Shown: positions 27,886 to 37,295 of the stretch, in pieces
Position numbering within the stretch: the first letter of the stretch is position 1
Layout of the letters: each line of letters starts with the position of its first letter
Assembly (NCBI GenBank): GCA_913047675.1
Contig: CAJWTO010000006.1
Location: 1 to 50,496 of the forward strand
Direction: 5' to 3'
Source of the DNA: an uncultured Pseudomonadota bacterium
GTDB taxonomy: Bacteria > Pseudomonadota > Gammaproteobacteria > Ga0077536
DNA length: 50,496 nt
Program-made: the position numbers and the translations under genes
Notes under the pieces: generated by a model
Databases searched by the model: none
What the model saw: only the letters and a program-made list of their open reading frames with translations
What the model was told of the DNA's origin: nothing

Positions 27886-28338
27886 CTAATCCATCCTGCT
27901 TGAGTAGTCCCACGAGGTCATCCATTCGGGGACTATTTTAATAGTGCTTTCTGACTGAGGGTGCGAGAGAAGCCATTTAGCTAGCGAGCTATCAGTACTG
28001 ATTAAGTATTTCTCTATCAACTTTTCTAAAACGGGTTCGCTCACAGCGTTTATCAAGGTTGCTGTACCTCTACCCCTTACGCCGGAGTAGGGTGGGTTCT
28101 CTCCTGCTATTTCGAAGCCAACTTTATTATTTCTTTTTAGCCTCGCGCATATTAGTGATTTAGAGCGAGCGCTTAGGTAAATAAATTTGTTCTTCTGGAG
28201 AAACCACATAGATGTAACTTGGGGAAAGCCATTTTGATCTATTGAGGCTAATCTACAGGGCAAAACTGTTGTATCCAGATAATCCCTAACTTGGTCTTCG
28301 GACCATGCGCTAGAGGTACTCAATTTATATCCCATCAT
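27886..28338 (-). CDS. Pyridoxamine 5'-phosphate oxidase-like (split-barrel flavin/F420-binding) protein
   Basis: RLASIDQNGFPQVTSMWF, GVRGRG, SWDYS. Start moved from 28392 to ATG 28338 (or GTG 28341) because an AGGAG SD lies at 28346-28350 and the longer call overlaps the upstream gene. Confidence 0.82.
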   Translation of the reverse strand: MMGYKLSTSSAWSEDQVRDYLDTTVLPCRLASIDQNGFPQVTSMWFLQKNKFIYLSARSKSLICARLKRNNKVGFEIAGENPPYSGVRGRGTATLINAVSEPVLEKLIEKYLISTDSSLAKWLLSHPQSESTIKIVPEWMTSWDYSSRMD

Positions 28339-28369
28339 CACTTCTCTCCTATGGAAATTGTAAGCGCTT

Positions 28370-29122
28370 CTACCAAGGTATATTACTGCCATCCCATGCT
28401 AGGAAGGAACCATTATCAGTAGTTGTAAGATTATCTATAACGGCTACCATTTTAGTCGCCGCGTAGTCTGGCGCAAACAATTTTTCTTTAGGAATTGCTT
28501 TTTGAAACGGTTTTGACAATCTAGTGTTTACTGAACCTGGATGGAACGCGATACAGATGCTTTTAGGTAATTGACGAGCAAATTCGATCGCGATGGTCTT
28601 AGTGATTTGGTTGAGGCTTGCTTTTGAGGAGCGGTAGCTGTACCAGCCTCCTAGACTATTATCTTCAATGCTCGCGACTCGGGCCGACATATTTACGATA
28701 ACCGATTTTTTTTCCCTTTGAATTAGCGATCTAAAGTACTTAAGCACTAGGATTGGTCCGATAGCATTTATCTCATAGGAACGTGCTAAATTAGAGGCGG
28801 AGACATCCGCTAATCTTTTTTCGGGGTATATAGAATCGTCATGTAAAATCCCGCTAGAGTTCACTAATAATGATACATGTTCTATTTGCAGTGATAATTT
28901 TGTTGAAGCCAACGCAATAGACTTTTCGTCAGAAACATCCAACTTTTGAGTTATTAGTCTCGAGGTATACTTTTGTTTGAGTTTTCTTAATCCGCTGCTT
29001 TTTTCTGGCTCTCGGCAAGTAGCCACCACCACAGAATCATCCTGGTGCTTAAGAATATGAGTCGCCAACGCCAAACCTAGACCTTGCCCAGCTCCTTGGA
29101 TTATGGTGGCATCGTTTTCCAT
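28370..29122 (-). CDS. SDR oxidoreductase, CsgA/C-factor-like
   Basis: GAGQGLG, SARVASI.DN..GGWYSYRSSK (YxxxK), HPGSVNT, WDG..IPW. Confidence 0.9.
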   Translation of the reverse strand: MENDATIIQGAGQGLGLALATHILKHQDDSVVVATCREPEKSSGLRKLKQKYTSRLITQKLDVSDEKSIALASTKLSLQIEHVSLLVNSSGILHDDSIYPEKRLADVSASNLARSYEINAIGPILVLKYFRSLIQREKKSVIVNMSARVASIEDNSLGGWYSYRSSKASLNQITKTIAIEFARQLPKSICIAFHPGSVNTRLSKPFQKAIPKEKLFAPDYAATKMVAVIDNLTTTDNGSFLAWDGSNIPW

Positions 29123-29155
29123 CTCAGCTGGCCGAAAATTCCACGGAACCTATGG

Positions 29156-29197
29156 AAAAAGATCCGCCACCTTTCTTTAACTGTGGCGGATTTTTTT
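29156..29197. terminator. Intrinsic (probably bidirectional) terminator after thiolase
   Basis: 9-bp stem ATCCGCCAC/GTGGCGGAT (29162-29191) flanked by A5 and T-rich tracts, just past the thiolase stop. Confidence 0.75.
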
Positions 29198-29199
29198 GT

Positions 29200-30351
29200 T
29201 TACAGGCGTTCAATAATAGTCACGTTGGCTTGACCGCCCCCCTCACACATTGTTTGCAGGCCATATTTGCCTCCGGTTCTTTCTAGCTCATGTAACAATG
29301 TCGTCATCAGCTTGGTACCGGTCGCACCGATTGGATGTCCTAGTGCGATAGCCCCCCCATTGACGTTGGTTTTTTCTGGGTCATAGTCCATGTCCTTGAT
29401 CCATGCCATGGGAACAGGCGCGAAGGCCTCATTGATCTCTACTAAATCAATATCCTCAATTTTCATACCCGCGCGTTTCAATGCATATTGAGTAGTCATA
29501 ATAGGAGCCGTTAACATAATCATGGGGTCTTCAGCTCTCACACTCATATGATGAATACGTGCTCTAGGTTTGAGATTATATCTTTTAACAGCATTTTCTG
29601 AAGCGATGAGCATAGCGGACGAACCGTCACAGGTTTGACTAGATACGGCGGCTGTGATTTTTTCGAGTCCAAAAATGGGTTCTAGGGTCGCCATTTGCTC
29701 TAAAGTAGTCTCCCGTGGTGTTTCATCATGGTCGAGCCCGTTCAGAGGCACGATTTCTCGTTCGAACCTACCTTTCTCGATCGCGCTGATAGCTCTCCTG
29801 TGGGATTCGAGAGAATATATCTCCATCTCTTCACGTGATATCCCCCATTTATCTGCCATCATTTGGGCACCTTTGAATTGGGTAGGAGGGTCTTCACCGT
29901 AGCGTGCAACCCAACCAGGTGAGTCACTAAAAGGATCGCTAAAACCAAATCCACCTGCCGCCAGTGCAGATGAACCTATTGGAATTTTTGACATTACTTG
30001 CACACCGCCGGCGATGACAAGATCGTTTACCCCAGACATTACCGCCTGAGCTGCAAAATGCACCGACTGCTGTGAGGAGCCACATTGCCTATCTATGGTA
30101 ACGCCTGGAACCGCTTCGCTAAAACCGGCAGTTAGCCAACATGTGCGTGCTACATCACCAGCTAGCGGTCCAATTGCATCTATTGTTCCGAAAATGACAT
30201 CATCATATTCCTCATCCGGAATCTGATTTCGTTCAACAATCGACTTAATAACATGGGCCCCAAGATCAGCGGCGTGCACGTCTTGCAGACTTCCCCTACG
30301 TTTTCCGGTAGGACTTCGTACCGCATCAACAATGAAAGCTTCAGCCATCAT
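29200..30351 (-). CDS. Acetyl-CoA C-acyltransferase (thiolase), FadA6-like
   Basis: DRQCGSSQQ, NEAF, GHPIGATG, MCEGGG. Confidence 0.93.
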   Translation of the reverse strand: MMAEAFIVDAVRSPTGKRRGSLQDVHAADLGAHVIKSIVERNQIPDEEYDDVIFGTIDAIGPLAGDVARTCWLTAGFSEAVPGVTIDRQCGSSQQSVHFAAQAVMSGVNDLVIAGGVQVMSKIPIGSSALAAGGFGFSDPFSDSPGWVARYGEDPPTQFKGAQMMADKWGISREEMEIYSLESHRRAISAIEKGRFEREIVPLNGLDHDETPRETTLEQMATLEPIFGLEKITAAVSSQTCDGSSAMLIASENAVKRYNLKPRARIHHMSVRAEDPMIMLTAPIMTTQYALKRAGMKIEDIDLVEINEAFAPVPMAWIKDMDYDPEKTNVNGGAIALGHPIGATGTKLMTTLLHELERTGGKYGLQTMCEGGGQANVTIIERL

Positions 30352-30437
30352 TTAATCTCCTTGCTTAATTTACTAGGTAACGGTCTATATTATGCTAAAT
30401 TCATATGCTGATTAAAACAATTGCCGAATTTCAATAG

Positions 30438-31727
30438 TCAGTCAATTATTCTTTCGGCGGTAGAAAATAATATCCAGACTATGGCGCCAATAACATTGAT
30501 TATGGCACAAAGTATGAAAGCCGACGAAAAACTCCCTGTTGTTTCCACCAGCCAACCGGTTACGGTAACACCAATAATACCTGGCAGTGTTCCAGCGGTA
30601 TTCGTAATCCCCATAAGGACGTCCGCATACCTAGGTGCGATATCGAGGTGGTTTGGTACAAATCCGGACCACATTAGGGCGGAGAACCCTAGTGCGCCGC
30701 ACATAAGTCCCATAGCTATTGACGCATTATTCACATCTTTCACCAAAATTAGGAAAATAGCGGATCCTATCAGGCCACTGACTTGCATAGCTTTACGAAT
30801 AAACGTTAGGCTAACTTTTTTATGAAGTAAATAGTCCGCGAAATAGCCGCCTAAATTTCCAAATATGAGCATTGATAAGTAGGGCGCCGCTGAATAAAGA
30901 CCTGCATTCATAATACTAAGACCGTGCTGAGTCCTGAAGTAACTAGGAAGCCATGCGAGTAACATATAGAGTATCCAGTTGCTGCAAAAATGATTAATAA
31001 AAAGTGCCCAAATGGCCTTACTTTTTAGGAAGAATTTCCATGGGATGTCTTTTTCAGAGTTTGGTACATAGGTACTGGAAATAAGCATTTTTTTCTCGGG
31101 TTCAGGGCATTTTGGGTCTGTAGCTGGGTCATTTTTAGCGATGCGAAACCATATAATTGTCCAAAAGGCGCCGCCTATTCCAAATGCGTAAAATGCCATA
31201 GGCCATCCGTACGTATCTACTATCCAGCCGGTAGTGAGAAGAGCGAATAAGGTCCCTAGTGGAATACCACCCACTAGGAGAGAGACCGCTCTCGAGCGCT
31301 CTTCTTGAGGCACCCATCTTCCATAGAGATTATATGCTGAGGGGAACATAGCGGCTTCGCCCAGACCCATTGCAATTCTAGCGATGATTAGCGCGCCAAA
31401 ACCAAAGGCAGCCGCTAAAGGCGTTAAAAAAGTGAAAATCGACCACCATAAAACTGCAATACCGAGGATAATTTTTCCACCAAGCCTATTTGCAAGCCAG
31501 CCGCTGGGAGCCATAAAAAGCATATACCCGATAAAAAAAGAAGAAAGAACATATCCTTTGGTCGTGTCTGACCAGCCAAATTCTTCTTGCATAGCTATTG
31601 CGGCAACCGAGATGTTGACTCTATCTGCGTAGCAAATAATAGCTGCGAGGACACACAGCCCTACAATGGTATACCGACGTGGCCAGTGGGATAGTTTTAT
31701 TTTTAAACCATTAAAGAGACCGCTCAT
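30438..31727 (-). CDS. MFS transporter, anion:cation symporter (ACS) family
   Basis: ICYADRVNISVA, SSFFIGY, GLGEA, NHLDIAPRYA..LMGITNT; about 12 hydrophobic segments. Confidence 0.92.
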   Translation of the reverse strand: MSGLFNGLKIKLSHWPRRYTIVGLCVLAAIICYADRVNISVAAIAMQEEFGWSDTTKGYVLSSFFIGYMLFMAPSGWLANRLGGKIILGIAVLWWSIFTFLTPLAAAFGFGALIIARIAMGLGEAAMFPSAYNLYGRWVPQEERSRAVSLLVGGIPLGTLFALLTTGWIVDTYGWPMAFYAFGIGGAFWTIIWFRIAKNDPATDPKCPEPEKKMLISSTYVPNSEKDIPWKFFLKSKAIWALFINHFCSNWILYMLLAWLPSYFRTQHGLSIMNAGLYSAAPYLSMLIFGNLGGYFADYLLHKKVSLTFIRKAMQVSGLIGSAIFLILVKDVNNASIAMGLMCGALGFSALMWSGFVPNHLDIAPRYADVLMGITNTAGTLPGIIGVTVTGWLVETTGSFSSAFILCAIINVIGAIVWILFSTAERIID

Positions 31728-31857
31728 TCTCTAGTATCCTCTTGCTACTGCAACTTTTACTATAAGCGATATTGCGAAATAACTAGTATTTTTAACTTGT
31801 TTTTTTATTTTGGTTATAATGACGCTGACATTTACACATTACTTTTTTGGAGAATCT

Positions 31858-32139
31858 ATGCCTATCTACGAATATCACTGCGAAGAGAACGGTCAGACCG
31901 TAGAAGTAGTGCATCCCATGGCGGACCGTTTTTCTACCTGGGGAGAACTCTGTGAGTATTCTAGAAGAGACTTGGGGGATACTGATGGTAGCGCCGAGGT
32001 GAAACGATTAGTGGGCGGTGGTAATGCCACTATGGACCCGGTGACCGCTTCGAAACAGTTGAAAGCGGCAGGAGCCGCGTCTACTAGTCTCTCCGGGACC
32101 AAAGGAATGGCTGCGCCGCCGAGAACAAATAAGTTCTAG
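31858..32139 (+). CDS. FmdB-like zinc-ribbon protein
   Basis: MPIYEYHCEENG...TWGELC. Start moved to ATG 31858 (GGAG SD at 31849-31852); TATAAT at 31815-31820 upstream. Confidence 0.8.
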   Translation: MPIYEYHCEENGQTVEVVHPMADRFSTWGELCEYSRRDLGDTDGSAEVKRLVGGGNATMDPVTASKQLKAAGAASTSLSGTKGMAAPPRTNKF

Positions 32140-32582
32140 CTTTTGCTGGGTTTTGCTCTTCGCGCTGGCGTTAAAAGAGATACGTAACTAACACCGGGTC
32201 TGTTATCTCCGGTAACAGGAAGTGCTTGCTTACGCCAACCAGACAACCCTTCTTTCATCACACTTATATTTGAGAAACCTGCTTCACTTAAACTTTTAGC
32301 CGCGACGGTTGCCCGGTCACTGTCGTCTGCTCCTACAATAATAGCATCTTCGTGCGATAGCCCGTGATTGGCGACCAAAGTAAACGCATCGTTAGGGTGG
32401 GTATTTCCAGTTTTTGGGTGAAAAAAAACGATCGGTATATTGATGACTTTTCCTTTTGGGTGGCCTTCAACGAACTCAGCTACTGTTCTAACGTCGATGT
32501 ATGTTGTGTTCTCCGATTGATTTATTTGTTCAAAGGTTTCTTGTGCACTAACAACAGAGTTTTTCATATTTGTTTCGTCCAA
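32136..32582 (-). CDS. Single-domain rhodanese-like protein lacking the catalytic Cys
   Basis: YIDVRTVAEFVEGHP and EGLSGW motifs; active-loop position reads IVGADDSDRA. True start may be ATG 32567. Confidence 0.82.
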   Translation of the reverse strand: MDETNMKNSVVSAQETFEQINQSENTTYIDVRTVAEFVEGHPKGKVINIPIVFFHPKTGNTHPNDAFTLVANHGLSHEDAIIVGADDSDRATVAAKSLSEAGFSNISVMKEGLSGWRKQALPVTGDNRPGVSYVSLLTPARRAKPSKS

Positions 32583-32585
32583 GTT

Positions 32586-32828
32586 TTATTGTTTGAATGC
32601 GTTGACGAATGGCGGGATTACTTGGCAGCGCGATCGGTGCTCCAGAGGGGGGGTATCGGTGAAATTAAAATAAAGCTTAGTTTCTTCTTCGATTACCTCC
32701 ATCTGCTCGATGTGAAAGTGGGCGATCCGTCCATTTTTCATTAGACCAAAGATACAGTCTATAATGCGTATTGCGGGAATTTGACCCATCTCGGGATGGA
32801 CTAGGTAGTGCGACTTTTTCTTTGCCAT
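32586..32828 (-). CDS. Hypothetical protein (80 aa)
   Basis: Fills the gap in tandem with the rhodanese gene (3-nt spacing), AGGA SD; no motif recognised. Confidence 0.65.
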   Translation of the reverse strand: MAKKKSHYLVHPEMGQIPAIRIIDCIFGLMKNGRIAHFHIEQMEVIEEETKLYFNFTDTPPLEHRSRCQVIPPFVNAFKQ

Positions 32829-32903
32829 TATCCTACTCTCTAATAGATACTGGGATACTATTTTGAGCGATTTTTAATAATTTCGCACTAGTTGATTACA
32901 GTT

Positions 32904-32919
32904 TGGCGCTTAATTTGCT
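32904..32919 (+). promoter_or_regulatory. Sigma54 (-24/-12) promoter of the Fe-S/AOR/MoaD operon
   Basis: TGGCGC-TTAAT-TTGCT, an exact GG-N10-GC spacing that matches TGGCAC-N5-TTGC(A/T), about 46 nt before the ATG. Confidence 0.65.
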
Positions 32920-32965
32920 AGAGTAAGGATAAAATGGTGCGTTAAAATAAGGGGGCTTTTAGCTT

Positions 32966-33619
32966 ATGTCGTCGGTACCTCAGAAAGAATTAGTTACTGG
33001 AGTTGAACGCTATCCATTGGATGCAGAAGTTCCCAATGTCGTTGAGAAGTTGTTTTCTTTGCGTAATCAATGTACCGAATGTAACGTTTGTGAGGTGGCG
33101 TGTTCTTTGGTCCACTCGCCCGACGGTACTGTTAATCCGCAATACGCTCGATTAAAAATTAATCATGCGCCCGCAAAGCCTTCTAAAGTGAGTCCTGGTG
33201 GTCTCGGGTTCGTTGCGGATATCTGTCATCACTGTGGTAACCCCCCACCTTGCGCTGAAGTATGTCCTACCGAGGCATTTTATTATGATCCAAAGACAAA
33301 GGCCGCCGTAATAGAGCAGGATAATTGTATTCAATGCATGGAGTGCGTGCCGGGCTGTCCTTTTGATACCGTATTTGTAGCTCCGAGCGGTGAATTATTA
33401 AAATGTGATCTTTGTGGGGGCGACCCGGTTTGCGTGAAAGCGTGTGCGGCGAGACCAGAAATGCTGAATGAAGGAAAGCAATATGTTCGTTTGCCAGTTT
33501 TGTTTTATGCCGAGCAGGCAGACTTCAATAAAGAGCACAAACAAGTCCCAGAAATGGGCGATGAAGTAGGTATGATGCAAGCGATGCTAGAGGCCGGGAA
33601 AATTTCGAGTCCTGCCTAG
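32966..33619 (+). CDS. 4x[4Fe-4S] polyferredoxin subunit (AorA/DmsB-like)
   Basis: CTECNVCEVAC, CHHCGNPPPCAEVCP, CIQCMECVPGCP, KCDLCGGDPVCVKAC. Confidence 0.93.
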   Translation: MSSVPQKELVTGVERYPLDAEVPNVVEKLFSLRNQCTECNVCEVACSLVHSPDGTVNPQYARLKINHAPAKPSKVSPGGLGFVADICHHCGNPPPCAEVCPTEAFYYDPKTKAAVIEQDNCIQCMECVPGCPFDTVFVAPSGELLKCDLCGGDPVCVKACAARPEMLNEGKQYVRLPVLFYAEQADFNKEHKQVPEMGDEVGMMQAMLEAGKISSPA

Positions 33620-33648
33620 GTTTTTTCGAGGAGAAGGGAGCAAATATT

Positions 33649-35610
33649 ATGGAGAGTCGTTTACTAAGAGTTGACTTAACTACCGGAAAGATGCGGAGTG
33701 AAGTCATCCCTCATAGTGTTTTCGAGCGTTGGATCGGTGGTTCAGGTATTAATAATTGGATTATGTGGGAGCACTTTCTAACCCATGACATTAATTGTGA
33801 TCCGAGGGGGCCGGATAATATTTTTGTTTTTGGCGTAGGTCCGCTCGCTGGAACGGGAGCAGGTAGCGGTATTAAAGGAAGAATAACTTTTAAAAGTCCC
33901 TGCTATAACATGTTTGGTGATTCGGCAGGGGGAGGCAAATTCCCCTACATGTTGAGGTTTACCGCATTTGAATATATTGCCATCACTGGTAAGTCCCCAA
34001 AGCCGGTTTATCTTCACATATGTAATGACGAAGTTTCTTTGGTGGATGCTAGTCACCTGTGGGGTCGCGATACGTTAGAAACACATACGATGTTGAGGGA
34101 AGAGCTGGGTACTTACCCTTCCCACGCACATACACTTTCTATTAGCCAAGCGGGTGAAAATCAAGTTGGGATAGCGAGTGTGGTTTCTGATGCACTAAGG
34201 ATTCATGCTCGATGTGGTGGCGGGGCTGTTATGGGCTCTAAAAATTTAAAGGCTATTGCCGTTCAAGGAAATGGCGGCTTAAAGATCCAAATGCCTGAGG
34301 AAATGCTGGCATGGTCAGATGATTTCCGCCAAAAGATAGACGAGAATGAGGCTGTCTATGGATTTAAAAGACGCGGCACTCTTGGCGCTGTCGAAATGTA
34401 TCAACATATCGGAAGTCATTTCTGGCGGAATAATCAGGGTAATATGTTTCGAGGTGGAGAAATCACCTCCGATAACTGGGTTAAAAAATATCATAAGTAT
34501 TCCGAAGTGTGCTCTTCCGACTGCTTCATAGCATGCGACGCGAAATATAAAATAGATGGTACAGAATCGGAAGCTTCTAAAAAGTATATTGGCGAAACGT
34601 TTAGACGACCGGAGTACTTGACTACAGGAAGTGCCGCCGGAGCGCTTGACGTTCGCGACTGGTCTGAAGTGGCCCATTGGGGGAAAATTACAAACGACTA
34701 TGGGATAGATAATCAGGATCTCTCGTGCGCAATTTCGTTTTTAATGGAATTGAAGCAGCGCGATTTAATTTCGGATCGTGATGTTGCCGAGTTGTTCGAC
34801 CGCGAGCAAAGTTTGCGATGGGGGAACATGGACGATATCGAGTTCTGTGTCGAGAGTATCGTCTTTCAAAAAAATCTTTTTGGGAAAATTTTTGGTGATG
34901 GGCCTTACTTAGGGGCGATTAAATATTCTGAACTGAAAGGTCAGAATTTCATGAAGTATGCGACTTACGGTAAAGGGGGGGCTAGCTTCACGGAAGAAAT
35001 GCGACCCTTTCCTACGTGGATGAATAACATGGCGGTTGCGTCCCGAGGTGCTGATCATCTCAAAGGTATCGGCCTAATCGAGAAATTCCAAAGGAAAGAT
35101 TTGTCTAAGATTTACTTCGATGGTCGGACCGAAGCAGCTGATCTGTCGGTACCTACTTTGAAAGGCGCGTCAACCGCACTTATTGAAAATCAGGTTGCAT
35201 TGCTTAACTCATATGGAGTTTGTTTGTTTCATTGGATGTTGGATCCTGCGGGATATACACCTCAAGATTATTATGGGAAAGCCTATGCTGCTGCCACTGG
35301 GATAGATCGAACTCCAGATGAATTGATGCTGGATGGTGCGCGTATCTGTAATTTGGAAAAGGCGTTTAATTCGAGAATCGGTATGAGACGAGAACATGAT
35401 ACGGTTTGTGAGCGATGGATGTGGGAGCCTACCGACGAGGGTATGTATCCAGGATCAGTTGCGGCCGAAATGTTTAATCCTGTTTTAGATGAGTACTATG
35501 AGTGGAGGGGCTGGGACAAAGATTCTGGTTTACAGACTAGGAAGAGTCTTGAAGATGTTGGTTTAGAAGATGTTGCTGATGTTTTAGAAAACGAAGGCTC
35601 ATTAGCTTAG
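33649..35610 (+). CDS. aor: Aldehyde:ferredoxin oxidoreductase family (tungstopterin) catalytic subunit
   Basis: LLRVDLT, KSP, SAGG.F, GAVMGSKNLKAI, CSSDCFIAC, RPEY, DYGID, RGADHL, NSYGVC, EYYEWRGWD; 653 aa. Confidence 0.92.
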   Translation: MESRLLRVDLTTGKMRSEVIPHSVFERWIGGSGINNWIMWEHFLTHDINCDPRGPDNIFVFGVGPLAGTGAGSGIKGRITFKSPCYNMFGDSAGGGKFPYMLRFTAFEYIAITGKSPKPVYLHICNDEVSLVDASHLWGRDTLETHTMLREELGTYPSHAHTLSISQAGENQVGIASVVSDALRIHARCGGGAVMGSKNLKAIAVQGNGGLKIQMPEEMLAWSDDFRQKIDENEAVYGFKRRGTLGAVEMYQHIGSHFWRNNQGNMFRGGEITSDNWVKKYHKYSEVCSSDCFIACDAKYKIDGTESEASKKYIGETFRRPEYLTTGSAAGALDVRDWSEVAHWGKITNDYGIDNQDLSCAISFLMELKQRDLISDRDVAELFDREQSLRWGNMDDIEFCVESIVFQKNLFGKIFGDGPYLGAIKYSELKGQNFMKYATYGKGGASFTEEMRPFPTWMNNMAVASRGADHLKGIGLIEKFQRKDLSKIYFDGRTEAADLSVPTLKGASTALIENQVALLNSYGVCLFHWMLDPAGYTPQDYYGKAYAAATGIDRTPDELMLDGARICNLEKAFNSRIGMRREHDTVCERWMWEPTDEGMYPGSVAAEMFNPVLDEYYEWRGWDKDSGLQTRKSLEDVGLEDVADVLENEGSLA

Positions 35611-35630
35611 CCGTGACATTGGACTAGATA

Positions 35631-35912
35631 ATGATTACGGTGCATGCAAATTTCCACAGCCATTTTAAAGAGCTTGCCTCTACTGGAGAGGCCTCTTTTC
35701 AAATCGAGAATCCTACTGTCGAGGCCCTAGCTCAGTGTATTTGTGACACATACGGACCTAAAATGGAGGCGATGTTAATCGATCCAGATACGCGCGAGCT
35801 TAATGAAAGAGGTACGATGTTTGTTGACGCGAGAGGAATGAGGGTCTCGATGAGTGACGCCCTTAATGATGGCGATACTATAACTTTTCTGGTGGGTATC
35901 GCGGGCGGGTAG
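35631..35912 (+). CDS. MoaD/ThiS family sulfur carrier
   Basis: 93 aa ubiquitin-like protein ending LNDGDTITFLVGIAGG, directly after aor. Confidence 0.88.
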   Translation: MITVHANFHSHFKELASTGEASFQIENPTVEALAQCICDTYGPKMEAMLIDPDTRELNERGTMFVDARGMRVSMSDALNDGDTITFLVGIAGG

Positions 35913-36011
35913 TCGGCCATAGTTTTTTTACTTGTTCTGATTTTTCGCCGCATTTACGGGTAAAGGTGTTTCTTGCATTTTGCAAAATAGACTCTAGGGG
36001 AGGAGATTTAC

Positions 36012-37283
36012 ATGAGAATGAGAATGGGTGGATTTCTGTTGCCTAGTGCGGGGGCTACGCCACAAGAATTTGAACGCGGATTAGCAGGTCAAAATTCCAA
36101 TTATTATCAACAAAGTTTAGCAGATTGTGCTAGGTTGGTAACGCAAATGGAGGACTTAGGTTTTGACTTTGTTGCGTTCACAGAGCATCACTTTCATTTA
36201 GAAGGATTGGAGGTCTCTAACAACCCTGTCATGCTGGGTACTTGGGCTGCGATGCAGACAAAAAAAATCCGCATAAGTCAGATGGGGAATGTGTTGCCTG
36301 CGAGAAATCCTATTCTCCTCGCCGAAGATTTAGCAATGTTGGATCATTTTTCTCAGGGTCGAATGAGTGCTGGTTTTGCTCGAGGCTATCAGGCTAGACA
36401 CGTTATGACTGTCGGCCAAAAAATGAATGCGGTTTCTACTGCTGCGAACGACGAGGCCTATATGGAACACGATAGGGTGAATCGGGAGCTCTTTAACGAA
36501 CATTTTTCTATAATAAAAAAGGCTTGGCATAATTCGATGTTTAGGCACGAGGGCAAACATTGGAGTATCCCACCCAGCGGTATTAAATGGGATCATCCGG
36601 CGACTATACATATGGCACCTGGTATGGTTTCGGATGAAGGAAACCTTGAGCAAGTAGGTATAGCGCCGTTGACATTACAGGACCCTTCCAGTATTGAATT
36701 ATTTATTCCATTTACGATGAGCGCTGAGACAATTGAGTGGTCGGCGCGGGAGAGGGCTGTGCCGATTATTTTCTCTCCTATCGAGGAGCAGGCTAAGGGA
36801 GCTATAGATCTTTATCACTCAGCTGCGACAGATGGGGGACGCACCCTTGATTGGGGTCAGGGTGTCGGACACTTTAGGGAGATCGTCGTAGCTGACACGG
36901 ACGAGGAGGCATATCGTATTATGGAGGACGGATTGGGCTATATTTGGACCCGATGGCACGATTGGTTTGGCTTTAATGAGGCTCTTCGTTATGTGGGAGA
37001 GAAAGGTCCAGTTCCAAATACTCCAGAGGCTATGCGAGAGCGTGGATTTTCTATAGCGGGATCAGTAGATACTGTCGCACGAGGGTTACAGCAGATGATT
37101 GACAGACTTAATCCTGAATTAATTGTTCCCTGGATTGCAGCAGGCCCAGTAAAAGTTGATAAGTTGCTAAGATCAAATGAGCTCCTCGTGGAGAAAGTAT
37201 TACCGAAACTTGGTATAGAGTTAGATCAATTTGCGCCATCATTTAGGAAAGATTTCGATGGTAATGGATGGCAGGCTCGATGA
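36012..37283 (+). CDS. LLM-family (luciferase-like) monooxygenase
   Basis: GFDFVAFTEHHF, LAEDLAMLDHFSQGRMSAGFARGY; GGAGG SD. Confidence 0.92.
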   Translation: MRMRMGGFLLPSAGATPQEFERGLAGQNSNYYQQSLADCARLVTQMEDLGFDFVAFTEHHFHLEGLEVSNNPVMLGTWAAMQTKKIRISQMGNVLPARNPILLAEDLAMLDHFSQGRMSAGFARGYQARHVMTVGQKMNAVSTAANDEAYMEHDRVNRELFNEHFSIIKKAWHNSMFRHEGKHWSIPPSGIKWDHPATIHMAPGMVSDEGNLEQVGIAPLTLQDPSSIELFIPFTMSAETIEWSARERAVPIIFSPIEEQAKGAIDLYHSAATDGGRTLDWGQGVGHFREIVVADTDEEAYRIMEDGLGYIWTRWHDWFGFNEALRYVGEKGPVPNTPEAMRERGFSIAGSVDTVARGLQQMIDRLNPELIVPWIAAGPVKVDKLLRSNELLVEKVLPKLGIELDQFAPSFRKDFDGNGWQAR

Positions 37284-37295
37284 GAGGAGTGAGAC

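Noticed and set aside
32320-32340. Second selenoprotein in the rhodanese active site
   Set aside because: The codon is GCA (Ala), not TGA.
35977-35988. 12-bp palindrome ATTTTGCAAAAT before the LLM gene
   Set aside because: Low complexity and a single occurrence; could be an operator but there is no supporting evidence.
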